DNA from: a virus
Lineage: Duplodnaviria > Caudoviricetes
Virus record (IMG/VR): IMGVR_UViG_3300047403_000022
Coordinates: 1-47,278 of that record
Length of the DNA stretch: 47,278 nucleotides
Direction: 5' to 3' (one strand)
Within the stretch, counting starts at the first letter, position 1. Every line of letters starts with the position of its first letter. This document shows, piece by piece, positions 34,517-44,033 of the stretch. The translations under genes and the position numbers were made by a program. Below the pieces are notes generated by a model, which searched no databases, was not told where the DNA came from, and was given only the letters and a program-made list of their open reading frames with translations.

Positions 34517-36856
34517 TTGGCTACACCAGCCCAAATTGAAGCACAGGTAACACTAGAGCGTGAACAAATTCGTCAAGGTCTTAAGCGGCTACGAGATAAC
34601 ACACGTAAATTAGAAGAAAGAAGCTACGCATCCGCTACAGTTTATGGGGTGGCTTCTATTGATGCTCTCCTTCCTAAATTGGTTGAGCGTATTGAAGCGA
34701 CAGTCGAGTACGCAATCAAACGAGGGAAGAACGGAGTAGCATTCAAGGAGATTCAAAAGTACCTTGCTGATGTTGAACCACTAGCAGCTGCAGCTATTGC
34801 ACTCAAGCTGACCTTCGATAAGGTGTTCAGCTTTAAGCAGAATAGTGACTCGCTGGTTGAGGTGTGTGGCTCTATTGGCTCAGCTGTTGAAGCTGAATGT
34901 CAGATGCGCCACTACGAACGTGAGGCTCCTGGTCTCCTGGCAACACTGAAGAAAAACTACTGGCATCAGTCATGCGGTACCCATCAGAAGATAGTGGTTA
35001 TTAAGACGCTGATGAATCGGTACGACGTTAAGCAGTGGGAACCGTGGGGACTTGCTAATAGGGTCAAGCTTGGTACATGGCTGCTGGACTGCATCATACA
35101 AACAAGTGGATGGTTCACTAAAGACCTGCGACGTGATGGTAAGAAGACAACAACGTATGTGATACCTACACCTGAGTTCCTTGAGATCAAGGATAAGGTC
35201 GTTCATGATGCAGAGCTGTTTGCTCCTCTTACCTACCCGATGTTGATTCCACCTAACCAGTGGACAAACGATAGGGCTGGTGGCTACCTGCTAAATGAGG
35301 TGATGCGAGGTCATGATCTAGTTCGTAGAGGTCACGGCCTTATACAGGGCGAAACCCCGCTGGCTTTCATCAACAAAATCCAGAACGTTGCTTACACCTT
35401 GAACCCTTTCGTGGTGAAGGTAGCGGAGACCCTGAAAGCAAAGGGAGTGTCGGTTGGGAAGTTCATTCCTATCATCGAACTCCCTCTTCCTAACAAGCCA
35501 TACGACATCGCAGAGAACTACGATGCACGTAAGGATTACCGACGCAAAGCTGCTGAGGTAATGAACAAGAATGCAGCTAGCTTCAAGAAGTCATGCCGAA
35601 CACGCATGACCATGGAAGCGGTTGCTCGGTTTAAGAGTGTACCTGAGTTCTACGTCCCATGGTCATTTGACTATCGGGGTAGAGCTTATCCAATCCCTGC
35701 ATTTTTAACACCACAAGATACAGACTTTGGAAAGAGTCTCATAAGGTTTGCAGAAGAGTCGTACATGACTCCTGAAGCTGAATCATGGCTTGCCTTTCAA
35801 GTTGCCACCACTTATGGACTTGATAAGTCAACCATGGATGAGCGGATGAAGTGGGTACGGAATAACCTCACAATCATCGCTGCAGTAGCTAATGACCCAA
35901 TCGACAACCTAAGCCTTTGGGAAGCTGCAGAAGAACCATGGCAGTTTCTGGCAGCATGTGAAGAATATAACGCCTGTGTCATTGAATGCAGTCGTCAGTT
36001 CACAGGCTTAATGATCGCCACAGATGCCACTTGTTCAGGTCTTCAGATACTGGCAGGGCTAGCCCGTGATAAAAACACAGCAAGGCTAGTCAACGTCCTA
36101 CCGAGTGATAAACCACAAGATGCTTATTTGGTCGTAGCGGAGCACGCTAAGCCACACATTCCTGAGCGTCTACAGCCTCACTTTGATAGAAAGAAGACCA
36201 AGCGATGCGTGATGACCATCCCGTACAACGCTAAGCCTTTCTCTAATAGACAATACGTCCGAGAAGCATTTAAGGACATTGACATAGAGCTTGAGAAAGA
36301 CGAGTTAACACAGGTTGTCAAGGCTATCATTGACGCCATGAACGCTGTCGTTCCCGGCCCTATGAAGGTGATGAAATGGATTGAGAAGGAGGTTGCAGCT
36401 GCAGTTAAGCGTGGTGCCGAGCACCTGGAATGGGTAACACCATCTGGATTCGTCGTCCATCAAAAGCTTAATAAAAAACAGTTAGAGGTCTTACAACTTC
36501 AGCTGTTAGGTCGCTGTCAAATCACTGTTGCCACAGATGACACCGATGAGGTGGACATCAATCACCACAAGAATGCAACAGCTCCTAACCTTATCCATTC
36601 TCTCGATGCAAGCCTACTTCACCTATCTACATTGCGGTTCAATGCTCCAATAGCATTGATCCATGATTCCGTTCTGTGTCGTGCAACAGACATGTCCATC
36701 CTATCCACATTGGTACGGGAGACATACATGCACTTATTTGCAGAACATGACTATCTCTCTGATTTTGCTGCACAGATAGGAGCAGAGTCAGAACCACCGA
36801 TCATCGGAGACCTAGAGCCTGAATCGGTGATCGAATCAACCTACTTTTTTTGTTAA
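34517..36856 (+). CDS. Single-subunit T7-like RNA polymerase
   Basis: FDYRGRAY, DATCSGLQ (motif A), RKKTKRCVMTIPY (motif B), APNLIHSLDA, IHDS (motif C) and terminal YFFC; TTG start with GAGG RBS. Confidence 0.98.
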   Translation: MATPAQIEAQVTLEREQIRQGLKRLRDNTRKLEERSYASATVYGVASIDALLPKLVERIEATVEYAIKRGKNGVAFKEIQKYLADVEPLAAAAIALKLTFDKVFSFKQNSDSLVEVCGSIGSAVEAECQMRHYEREAPGLLATLKKNYWHQSCGTHQKIVVIKTLMNRYDVKQWEPWGLANRVKLGTWLLDCIIQTSGWFTKDLRRDGKKTTTYVIPTPEFLEIKDKVVHDAELFAPLTYPMLIPPNQWTNDRAGGYLLNEVMRGHDLVRRGHGLIQGETPLAFINKIQNVAYTLNPFVVKVAETLKAKGVSVGKFIPIIELPLPNKPYDIAENYDARKDYRRKAAEVMNKNAASFKKSCRTRMTMEAVARFKSVPEFYVPWSFDYRGRAYPIPAFLTPQDTDFGKSLIRFAEESYMTPEAESWLAFQVATTYGLDKSTMDERMKWVRNNLTIIAAVANDPIDNLSLWEAAEEPWQFLAACEEYNACVIECSRQFTGLMIATDATCSGLQILAGLARDKNTARLVNVLPSDKPQDAYLVVAEHAKPHIPERLQPHFDRKKTKRCVMTIPYNAKPFSNRQYVREAFKDIDIELEKDELTQVVKAIIDAMNAVVPGPMKVMKWIEKEVAAAVKRGAEHLEWVTPSGFVVHQKLNKKQLEVLQLQLLGRCQITVATDDTDEVDINHHKNATAPNLIHSLDASLLHLSTLRFNAPIALIHDSVLCRATDMSILSTLVRETYMHLFAEHDYLSDFAAQIGAESEPPIIGDLEPESVIESTYFFC
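35332..35348 (+). promoter_or_regulatory. Candidate phage RNAP promoter inside the RNAP gene
   Basis: Exact 17-nt copy of 28480-28496. Confidence 0.55.
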
Positions 36857-37428
36857 TGGCACAACCCATCCACGTAACTCAACAGCCTGTTGTCCTTGAA
36901 GGATACCAAGCTGTACTGAAACCTAGCAAGTTCGGCTATTCCCTCTCAGCAGTTATTGATGAGAAGCTTGTCGAAGTACTGGAAGCTGATCGAGTAGAGA
37001 CTCTCAAATGGGCAGAGTCAAAGTTGAAGAATCCTAAGCGTTCCACTCTCAAGCCTGAGCCTTGGGAAGAAGTCTCTACTGGTAAATACAAAGTCAAATT
37101 CAGTTGGAATGAAAACACACGTCCGCCCGTGGTGGATTCTGAAGGAACACCGATTACGGATGAGTCCACTCCCATCTACAGCGGCTCAACGGTTAAGTTG
37201 GCCTTTAGGCAAAAACCTTACATCCTTAAGGACGGGGTTACCTATGGAACAAGCCTCAAACTTGTTGGCGTCCAGCTGGTCACTCTCAACTCTGCAGCAG
37301 GCGTTGACACTGGGGATCTGGGTGAGACAGAGGTTGCCGCGCTATTCGGCCAAACAAAAGGCTTCAAGATTGGTGAACCGAATGTTACACCAGCTGAACC
37401 TGCAGAAGATACTGACGACGATTTCTAA
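36856..37428 (+). CDS. Single-stranded DNA-binding protein, gp2.5-like
   Basis: Synteny; IYSGS.VKLAF, GTSLKL.GVQ and acidic C-terminus ending DDDF. Confidence 0.9.
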   Translation: MAQPIHVTQQPVVLEGYQAVLKPSKFGYSLSAVIDEKLVEVLEADRVETLKWAESKLKNPKRSTLKPEPWEEVSTGKYKVKFSWNENTRPPVVDSEGTPITDESTPIYSGSTVKLAFRQKPYILKDGVTYGTSLKLVGVQLVTLNSAAGVDTGDLGETEVAALFGQTKGFKIGEPNVTPAEPAEDTDDDF

Positions 37429-37781
37429 TGGCATTCCGCTCAGGACTGGAAGAGAAGGTCGCTGATCTTCTCACCAACCTGGGGGTGAAATACGAATACG
37501 AATCTACAAAGGTTCCATATGTCTTGCAGTGTAACTATACACCTGACTTCCTTCTTCCTAATGGCATCTACTTGGAAACCAAGGGACAGCTAACAGAAGA
37601 AGATCGTCGGAAGATGAAAGCAGTTAAAGCAGCGAACCCTGACCTTGATATACGCTTTGTATTTCAAACCCCATACAACAAGATTTACAAAGGTGCTAAG
37701 TCTACTTATGCCCAATGGGCTGATAAGCATGGCTTTAAGTGGTGCGCCTTCCACTCTATTCCAATCGAATGGCTAACGTAA
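37428..37781 (+). CDS. Endonuclease I, T7 gp3-like
   Basis: FRSGLEEKVA, YTPDF.LPNGI.LETKG and DIRFVFQ. Confidence 0.95.
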   Translation: MAFRSGLEEKVADLLTNLGVKYEYESTKVPYVLQCNYTPDFLLPNGIYLETKGQLTEEDRRKMKAVKAANPDLDIRFVFQTPYNKIYKGAKSTYAQWADKHGFKWCAFHSIPIEWLT

Positions 37782-37918
37782 ACGAAATTGAGCAGATCGC
37801 ATCTGCATTGATAGATGCTTTCGATAAAACAAGCTCACCTAACGACATCATCGAAGCGTTCGAGAATGCTCTTGATCGCTACGAAGAACTGATAAACCTG
37901 TACCACCAAAACAAATGA
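37769..37918 (+). CDS. Small hypothetical protein (49 aa)
   Basis: Hand-translated MANVNEIEQIASALIDAF...YHQNK; ATGA-coupled to the next gene. Confidence 0.6.
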   Translation: MANVNEIEQIASALIDAFDKTSSPNDIIEAFENALDRYEELINLYHQNK

Positions 37919-38115
37919 CTTACGGAACTCCTGAATATTACAAAGAACAGTTCATGGACTTTGTTGCTGATGTACAAGCTGATGACCCCAAATATGGGGA
38001 TGCCATTGTTGAAGGTTTTATTCTAGCGCTTGAAGATTGGAAGCAATATCACAATGATCAAGTCAATGAGTACGACCGAGTCGGGAAGCGAGTTCGTTCG
38101 GCACTTACCGTGTGA
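37915..38115 (+). CDS. Small hypothetical protein
   Basis: 66-aa ORF, MTYGTPEYYKEQF. Confidence 0.65.
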   Translation: MTYGTPEYYKEQFMDFVADVQADDPKYGDAIVEGFILALEDWKQYHNDQVNEYDRVGKRVRSALTV

Positions 38116-39649
38116 AGTATGTGGCAGTAGCGATGCTAACAGTCTCTATGACGATGGGCATACCTACTGCTTTTCTTGTAATTCATACGGACATTTAGAA
38201 GATGTTCACACTCATAAAATGTCCACCAATGTCAGACTACAAGGCTCAGCCGAACGGCTGCATAAACGGAACATATCCGAAAAGGTCTGCCAACAATACA
38301 AAATCTACACCGATGGAGAAGTCTTACGCTTCCATTATTTCGACAGCGCTGGCATACTTAAAGGCTGTAAAGTAAAAACTAAGGGTAAGATCTTCAGCTA
38401 TGAAGGAGAAACACCAGGAACTCTCTTTGGACAACATCTATTTCCCTCCACTGGAAAACGAGTCGTTATCACTGAAGGAGAACTCGATGCGGCTTCGTGC
38501 AGTGAGGCTATGCCGGGGTGGCCGATGGTATCTCTACCAAGCGGTGCCGCAGCGGCTAGGAAGTCGATTCAACGGGCTCTCCAATGGCTCCAGGGTTATG
38601 AGGAGATTGTCTTGTTCTTCGACAATGACGAGGCAGGCCGTAAGGCGTCGGAGGAAGCAGCAAGCGTACTCCCACCTGGCAAGACAAAGATCGCTCGCCT
38701 CCAGGCTTACAAAGACGCATCTGATGCCCTACAAGCTAATGACACTGAAGCGATTCGTCGCGCTATTTGGGACGCGAAACCTTACCGTCCAGATGGGATC
38801 GTCGATGGCAAAACCCTCCTAGAGCTAGTCACCACACCATCACCACCATCAGATCATGATTATCCTTTCGCTGGATTGAACAGCAAGCTTCACGGGATTC
38901 GTTATGGCGAACTGGTGACTGTTACGGCTGGATCAGGGATTGGGAAGTCGTCCGTTTGTAGGGAGCTAGCGACACACCTCCTAAAGAAAGGAGAGCGTGT
39001 TGGGTATCTAGCGCTAGAGGAGAGCAACCGTAGAACAGCTCTTGGACTGATGTCCGCTGCAGTTGGTAAATCACTACACCTTGGAGAACATGAACGATCT
39101 ACTCTCACCGAAGCATATAACGCTACTCTTGCTAACTGGAATCTCTTTCTTTTTGATGGCTTCGGTTCTTTCGATCCCGATGTTATCTACAACCGAATTG
39201 AATACCTTGCTTGCGGGCTAGATACCAAGGTTATCTTCCTTGATCACCTCTCTATCCTTCTCAGTGGCCTTGACGGCGATGAAAGAAGGATGATTGACAC
39301 CACCATGACAAAGCTTCGTTCTCTTGTAGAGCGTACAGGCATCGCATTATTTCTTGTATCTCATTTAAGGAGAACGTCTGGTGACACCAATCATGAAGAG
39401 GGGGCACGGGTTACCCTCGGCCAACTCAGAGGTAGCGCAGCTATCGCACAACTTAGTGACAGCGTTATCGCGCTTGAACGGGATCAGCAATCACAGTCTG
39501 GAGCTAGCAAGACTACTGTGCGAGTCCTTAAGAATAGATATTCAGGGGAGGTAGGTATTGCCTGCCATCTTGATTATGACTTAGACACCTGTAAATTTAT
39601 AGAGACTGAAGCAGATGAAACCGAATTCGATCCCTCAACAGACTTCTGA
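38066..39649 (+). CDS. Primase/helicase, T7 gp4-like
   Basis: Zn finger CEVCGSSD...YCFSC, TOPRIM ITEGELD/FDND, Walker A AGSGIGKS, DHLS, LRGS and KNRYSG. Confidence 0.97.
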   Translation: MSTTESGSEFVRHLPCEVCGSSDANSLYDDGHTYCFSCNSYGHLEDVHTHKMSTNVRLQGSAERLHKRNISEKVCQQYKIYTDGEVLRFHYFDSAGILKGCKVKTKGKIFSYEGETPGTLFGQHLFPSTGKRVVITEGELDAASCSEAMPGWPMVSLPSGAAAARKSIQRALQWLQGYEEIVLFFDNDEAGRKASEEAASVLPPGKTKIARLQAYKDASDALQANDTEAIRRAIWDAKPYRPDGIVDGKTLLELVTTPSPPSDHDYPFAGLNSKLHGIRYGELVTVTAGSGIGKSSVCRELATHLLKKGERVGYLALEESNRRTALGLMSAAVGKSLHLGEHERSTLTEAYNATLANWNLFLFDGFGSFDPDVIYNRIEYLACGLDTKVIFLDHLSILLSGLDGDERRMIDTTMTKLRSLVERTGIALFLVSHLRRTSGDTNHEEGARVTLGQLRGSAAIAQLSDSVIALERDQQSQSGASKTTVRVLKNRYSGEVGIACHLDYDLDTCKFIETEADETEFDPSTDF

Positions 39650-39734
39650 AGTGAAGCGTCCTAACCCTCCCACACCTGAAGCAGTAAAGCGAGCACAGTT
39701 CGTTGATAAGACCTATCGCTGGACTGGTAAATGA
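39615..39734 (+). CDS. Small hypothetical protein (39 aa)
   Basis: Hand-translated ...KRPNPPTPEAVKRAQFVDKTYRWTGK; ATGA-coupled to the next gene. Confidence 0.5.
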   Translation: MKPNSIPQQTSEVKRPNPPTPEAVKRAQFVDKTYRWTGK

Positions 39735-39925
39735 CTAACCTTTCCCCTGCCGCCCAGGCGGTGCTGGATGCCTACATGGATAACTGTGGCTGGCTAGATG
39801 GCCCTATGGAGAAAGATTATCAATGCGCCGCCGCTGTCTTGCGAGCTGTTGTACAAGAACTCAAATTTTTTGGTGTCACCGAGAAAAACATTCTTGCTAT
39901 TGCTGCCGAGCTTGAAGCCCAGTAG
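39731..39925 (+). CDS. Mini-cassette protein A (MTNLSPAAQAVLDAY...)
   Basis: Paralogous to 40288-40494. Confidence 0.75.
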   Translation: MTNLSPAAQAVLDAYMDNCGWLDGPMEKDYQCAAAVLRAVVQELKFFGVTEKNILAIAAELEAQ

Positions 39926-39944
39926 TCGCTTCCACTAATCACCC

Positions 39945-40295
39945 ATGACACAACAACACCTCATCACCCCACCGCCGAAGCTGGTGGTGCAGTGGCAAGA
40001 AGAGCCCGCGTTTTCTGCGTTGTCTCCGTGTGCAATGGTGACTGTCACTAATACCAAGATACAAGACATTGCCACCCGTGCCGCCCAATGGGGCGCAGAC
40101 CAGGAGCTGGAGGCGTGCTGTGAAGTGCTTCAGGACTGGAGATACTGCAGAGTGGACGATCTTCGCGCAATCCGCCGCCCGAAGCCACCAAGTTTAAAGC
40201 AGCAAGCGTTGGCTGAATTAGCCGAATGGGAGAACATCTGCAACATTGCACCCGACAGCCCCATCCGCCGCGCACTGGAGCAGCTTGATGACTGA
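39945..40295 (+). CDS. Mini-cassette protein B (ITPPP..., WGADQELEACC, RRPKPPSLK)
   Basis: 116-aa GC-rich ORF between the two paralogs. Confidence 0.75.
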   Translation: MTQQHLITPPPKLVVQWQEEPAFSALSPCAMVTVTNTKIQDIATRAAQWGADQELEACCEVLQDWRYCRVDDLRAIRRPKPPSLKQQALAELAEWENICNIAPDSPIRRALEQLDD

Positions 40296-40494
40296 CTTAT
40301 CCCCTGCCGCTCAGGCGGTGCTGGATGCTTACAGCAACGATCCATTTGCCAGTAGCGGGGAGTCCATCGCCGCCGCCCTGCGTGCTCTCACGCGAACGAC
40401 CTTAGTGGAGGAGGGAAACATTCGCGGTTGGGTCTGCAAAGCAATCACAGCAGAAGACCTACTCGATATCGCCGACGAGCTGGATTCCAAATGA
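40288..40494 (+). CDS. Mini-cassette protein A' (MTDLSPAAQAVLDAY...)
   Basis: 41 of the first 46 nt match the start of the 39731 ORF. Confidence 0.75.
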   Translation: MTDLSPAAQAVLDAYSNDPFASSGESIAAALRALTRTTLVEEGNIRGWVCKAITAEDLLDIADELDSK

Positions 40495-41009
40495 ACCTTG
40501 TCTTCGACCTAGAAACAGACGGCTTATACGATGATTGCACCCAAATCCACTGTATTGGCATCTTTGATCTCGATACCAAACAAACTCTTGTCTTCAATGA
40601 TCAGGGGTCTGAACAACCGATTACAAAAGGTGTCCAGCTCCTTGAAGACGCAACCAATATCGTGGGCCACAACATTATTGGTTACGACTTGCCTGTTATC
40701 CGCAAGCTCTTTCCTTGGTTTGAGCCTAACGGTAAAGCTGTGGATACTTTGGTGCTTAGTCGTATTTATCACGCTGACATTCTGAAGACTGATCAAAGGC
40801 GTAAGTGGAAACACATGCCACTACAGCTGTATGGTCGCCACTCTCTTGAAGCTTATGGTCACCGCCTAGGTGAGTACAAAGGAGAGTTTAGCAAAACTAC
40901 TGATTGGAAAGATTGGTCAGAAGAGATGCAAGCTTATTGCGTACAAGATGTACATGTAACAGTAAAACTTTGGCAGCATTTCCGCAAATACCTGACTGGG
41001 TTGCTTTAG
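40491..41009 (+). CDS. polA: DNA polymerase A, 3'-5' exonuclease domain (0 frame)
   Basis: ExoI FDLETDG, ExoII GHNIIGYD and ExoIII YCVQDV; stops at TAG 41007-41009. Confidence 0.93.
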   Translation: MNLVFDLETDGLYDDCTQIHCIGIFDLDTKQTLVFNDQGSEQPITKGVQLLEDATNIVGHNIIGYDLPVIRKLFPWFEPNGKAVDTLVLSRIYHADILKTDQRRKWKHMPLQLYGRHSLEAYGHRLGEYKGEFSKTTDWKDWSEEMQAYCVQDVHVTVKLWQHFRKYLTGLL

Positions 41010-42232
41010 AGCACCGAGTCGCTCAAATCCTCACCGAACAAGAACTACATGGGTGGTACTTTGATGAGCCTGCTGCATGGGAACTTGAATCGTCTCTCAG
41101 ACGAGAGTATGAAGGGATTACTGGAATACTTCGCAACAGGTACCCTTACGTTGCAGACAGAGAGTTCACTCCTAAGCGAGTTAATCGAACCACTGGATAC
41201 GTGGCGGGAGCACCGCTCACAAAACTAAAGGAGTTCAACCCTGGTAGTCGTGATCACATTGCGTGGATCATGAAGAACCTACATGGTTGGAAACCAGATA
41301 AAGAGACAGCTAGCGGTAAGACCGCTATTGATGAAGTAGTGCTCAAAGACATTGGTACTGAAGAGGCCCTTCAGTTCTACCGATGCTTAGAGCTGACCAA
41401 ACAATTAGGCATGTTGTCGGAAGGCAAGAATGCTTGGCTCAAGTTGGTCAAGAACAATCGCATACACCACAACTGTTCAGTAAGTACTAATACCCACAGA
41501 TGTGCCCACCGTAACCCCAATCTCGCGCAAGTCCCAAGTGATCTTAATTTTAGAAGACTATTCAGGGCTAGCGATGGCAATGTCATGGTTGGTGCTGACC
41601 TCTCAGGTATTGAACTCAGAATGCTGGCACACTACCTTGCCAGATATGATGGAGGCCGCTACGGAGATGTTCTTCTCAACGGTGACATTCACCAAGAGAA
41701 CGCAGACAAGATAGGCATATCCCGCCGATTAGTTAAAACCGTTACTTACGCTTTCCTATATGGTGCTGGAGATCAAAAGATCGGGCTCAGCTACGATGCC
41801 CAGCTTCCCCCGAACAAGGCAAAGGAAAAAGGGGCTGAGATACGAGCTGCTTATGTTGCTGCCATTGACGGCTTGGATAGTCTTCTTACCGCTGTTCGTG
41901 CAGCAGGTGACAAAGGTTCTATCAAGTCAATAGACGGAAGGAAGATCGTAGTAGATAGTCCACACAAGGCACTCAACTACCTACTTCAGTCAGGAGCTGG
42001 TGTGGTCGCTAAGCGGTGGATGGTTATTGCTAACGATACGTTCTTTCATAATCACACTCACCAACTTGCATTTATTCATGACGAGTTGCAGTGGGAAACA
42101 ACACCAGATGCAGCTGATATTCTCAAACTTCATCTAGAAGAATCAGCTATAGCTGCTGGTGAATACTACAACCTACGGGTTCCCATAGCTGCTGAAGGAA
42201 AGATCGGCAGTAATTGGGCTGAAGTCCACTAA
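40979..42232 (+). CDS. polA: DNA polymerase A, polymerase domain (-1 frame, no credible start of its own)
   Basis: LEH.VA.I, FNPGSR, NPNLAQVP, motif A DLSGIELR, motif B KTVTYAFLYG (Tyr at the position equivalent to E. coli 762) and motif C HDE. Confidence 0.92.
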   Translation, partial: FPQIPDWVALEHRVAQILTEQELHGWYFDEPAAWELESSLRREYEGITGILRNRYPYVADREFTPKRVNRTTGYVAGAPLTKLKEFNPGSRDHIAWIMKNLHGWKPDKETASGKTAIDEVVLKDIGTEEALQFYRCLELTKQLGMLSEGKNAWLKLVKNNRIHHNCSVSTNTHRCAHRNPNLAQVPSDLNFRRLFRASDGNVMVGADLSGIELRMLAHYLARYDGGRYGDVLLNGDIHQENADKIGISRRLVKTVTYAFLYGAGDQKIGLSYDAQLPPNKAKEKGAEIRAAYVAAIDGLDSLLTAVRAAGDKGSIKSIDGRKIVVDSPHKALNYLLQSGAGVVAKRWMVIANDTFFHNHTHQLAFIHDELQWETTPDAADILKLHLEESAIAAGEYYNLRVPIAAEGKIGSNWAEVH

Positions 42233-42245
42233 CCACCCAACCGAT

Positions 42246-42383
42246 ATGGCACAAAAAAGTAAAACCTCACTGGGACGTATTGAGTTCCAATCCCGTTCCA
42301 AATTCAAACACACTCATCAAGGTAACGGTACACGATCACTACCTAAAGGCACCCGTAAACTCCGTCGAGGTCAAGGAAAATGA
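42246..42383 (+). CDS. Small basic protein (45 aa, ...KHTHQG...RGQGK)
   Basis: Hand-translated; ATGA-coupled to the next gene. Confidence 0.7.
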   Translation: MAQKSKTSLGRIEFQSRSKFKHTHQGNGTRSLPKGTRKLRRGQGK

Positions 42384-42586
42384 AAGACGATTTTCACACC
42401 CAATGTACTGTCATTCTTGACTGCAAAAACGGCAAGCTTGAGAACTACCCTGCCACCAGCCACTACAAGTTTAGCTTCGACGCCACTGACATGACTATCT
42501 ACGGTTATGTCGAGCAGTTCCGCACAGTGCTACGTGCTGCAGGGTTTAGTGAAAAGTGTATTGCTGATTCTTTGGGAGAGTTCTGA
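42380..42586 (+). CDS. Hypothetical protein
   Basis: 68-aa ORF with AAGGA RBS. Confidence 0.65.
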   Translation: MKDDFHTQCTVILDCKNGKLENYPATSHYKFSFDATDMTIYGYVEQFRTVLRAAGFSEKCIADSLGEF

Positions 42587-42588
42587 GA

Positions 42589-43356
42589 ATGAGTCTCCTG
42601 ATCGACGCTGACTTCATCGTATACAAATCCTGTGCAGCAACTGAAACTGAAATTGACTGGGGAGAAGATCTCATCACCGTCGTCTCAAACTTCACAGACG
42701 CATACAGCATGGTCGAGCGTGAGCTTGCATCCATCGCCAATGATCTTGGATGTTTTGATGACTTTATTCTTTTCTTTTCTGATTCTGTCAACTTTCGTAA
42801 GAGTATCGATCCTACATACAAAGGACACCGAAACAGGAAGAAACCGTGCGGATACAAAAGAGTAATTAATAAACTTAAAACTGAATATCCAGTAGTAGTA
42901 ATGCCACAGCTAGAAGCTGATGACGCCATTGGCATTTACGCCACTAAACACACTGGTCACATTATCTGCAGCCCTGACAAAGACATGCGTCAGATCCCTG
43001 GTCAGTTGTTTGATCTCACTCAAGGTGTGGTTGAGATCACCCCAGAAATGGGTGATAGGTGGCACCTTATACAGACCATGGCAGGTGATCAGACTGATGG
43101 CTATGCAGGTATCCCTGGTATTGGTATTAAGCGAGCAGAGGCTCTCCTAGATGCCAATGGAGCCACATGGAGCACCGTTGTGGAAGCATTTGCTGCAAAA
43201 GATTTGACCGAAGCAGATGCACTACTTAATGCACGACTAGCAAAAATCCTACAAGCAAATGACTTCGATTTCACCAATCAAAAACCGAGACTTTGGTCTC
43301 CCAGCTCCAGTGTTGGAACTGAAAATGGAGCAGCAGTTCAAACTGAAGCAAATTGA
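42589..43356 (+). CDS. 5'-3' exonuclease, T7 gp6-like
   Basis: LIDADFIVY, YKGHR, LEADD, SPDKD and GDQTDGY.GIPGIG. Confidence 0.95.
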   Translation: MSLLIDADFIVYKSCAATETEIDWGEDLITVVSNFTDAYSMVERELASIANDLGCFDDFILFFSDSVNFRKSIDPTYKGHRNRKKPCGYKRVINKLKTEYPVVVMPQLEADDAIGIYATKHTGHIICSPDKDMRQIPGQLFDLTQGVVEITPEMGDRWHLIQTMAGDQTDGYAGIPGIGIKRAEALLDANGATWSTVVEAFAAKDLTEADALLNARLAKILQANDFDFTNQKPRLWSPSSSVGTENGAAVQTEAN

Positions 43357-43552
43357 AGATGCACTTAGGCATCCTGAGTCACAAAAGGAAGACATCATCA
43401 CGATCTTCATTGCTCTACAGCATCAGAACTTCGTACTTACTAACACAGTATCCAACCTAGTACAGAAATGGCCGACAGTAACAGCACAGGACCAAGTTAC
43501 TACAAACGTGGAAACATTCAAGTTTGGGACTTCATCCGAGACCAAGGATTAA
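43259..43552 (+). CDS. Hypothetical protein (true start may be 43325)
   Basis: MEQQFKLKQIEDAL...KEDIITIFIALQHQNFVL. Confidence 0.6.
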   Translation: MTSISPIKNRDFGLPAPVLELKMEQQFKLKQIEDALRHPESQKEDIITIFIALQHQNFVLTNTVSNLVQKWPTVTAQDQVTTNVETFKFGTSSETKD

Positions 43553-43761
43553 ACTTTCATCTTGGTAATGCCATTAAATACATCTGCAGAGCTGGTTACA
43601 AAGGCAGCACTATTGAAGACCTAAATAAAGCAATCCACTATTTAAATAATGAGCTTGAAAACCAAATCAATACTGAGCGAACAAGCTACGGAGTTTCGCA
43701 CCGCCTTCCAAGTATTGAATACCAAGGCTGCTACGAATACACAACGGACTTTGATCGTTGA
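43468..43761 (+). CDS. DUF3310 / T7 gp1.7-like protein
   Basis: PSYY.RG.I...DFI, FHLGNAIKYICRAG.K and EDL.KA.HYL. Confidence 0.85.
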   Translation: MADSNSTGPSYYKRGNIQVWDFIRDQGLNFHLGNAIKYICRAGYKGSTIEDLNKAIHYLNNELENQINTERTSYGVSHRLPSIEYQGCYEYTTDFDR

Positions 43762-44032
43762 AGAGTTCAAAGAGTTCTTAGAAGCTGAGACTTTAGTTAA
43801 TCGTGATCATCCAGCATATAGAGAAGCTGTTCTAAAGGAATTAGCTGATCTTGTTTATGTCTGCTACCAATACGCTGCCAACCTTAACTGGGATCTTGAT
43901 GAAGCACTCACCAGGGTGCATCAAAGCAACATGAGCAAGCTTGATGTAGACGGAAGGCCACTTTTACGTGAAGACGGCAAGGTTCTTAAAGGGCCTAATT
44001 ACAAACCACCTAATCTTGAAGATCTTGTTTGA
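43649..44032 (+). CDS. MazG-like NTP pyrophosphohydrolase
   Basis: LIVEEFKE, KELADLVYV, VHQSNMSK and DGKVLKGPNY.PP. Confidence 0.88.
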   Translation: MSLKTKSILSEQATEFRTAFQVLNTKAATNTQRTLIVEEFKEFLEAETLVNRDHPAYREAVLKELADLVYVCYQYAANLNWDLDEALTRVHQSNMSKLDVDGRPLLREDGKVLKGPNYKPPNLEDLV

Positions 44033-44033
44033 T

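Noticed and set aside
40904-40978. TTG start at 40904 for a stand-alone polymerase
   Set aside because: No RBS, and the first 25 residues are not polymerase-like because they overlap ExoIII in the other frame.
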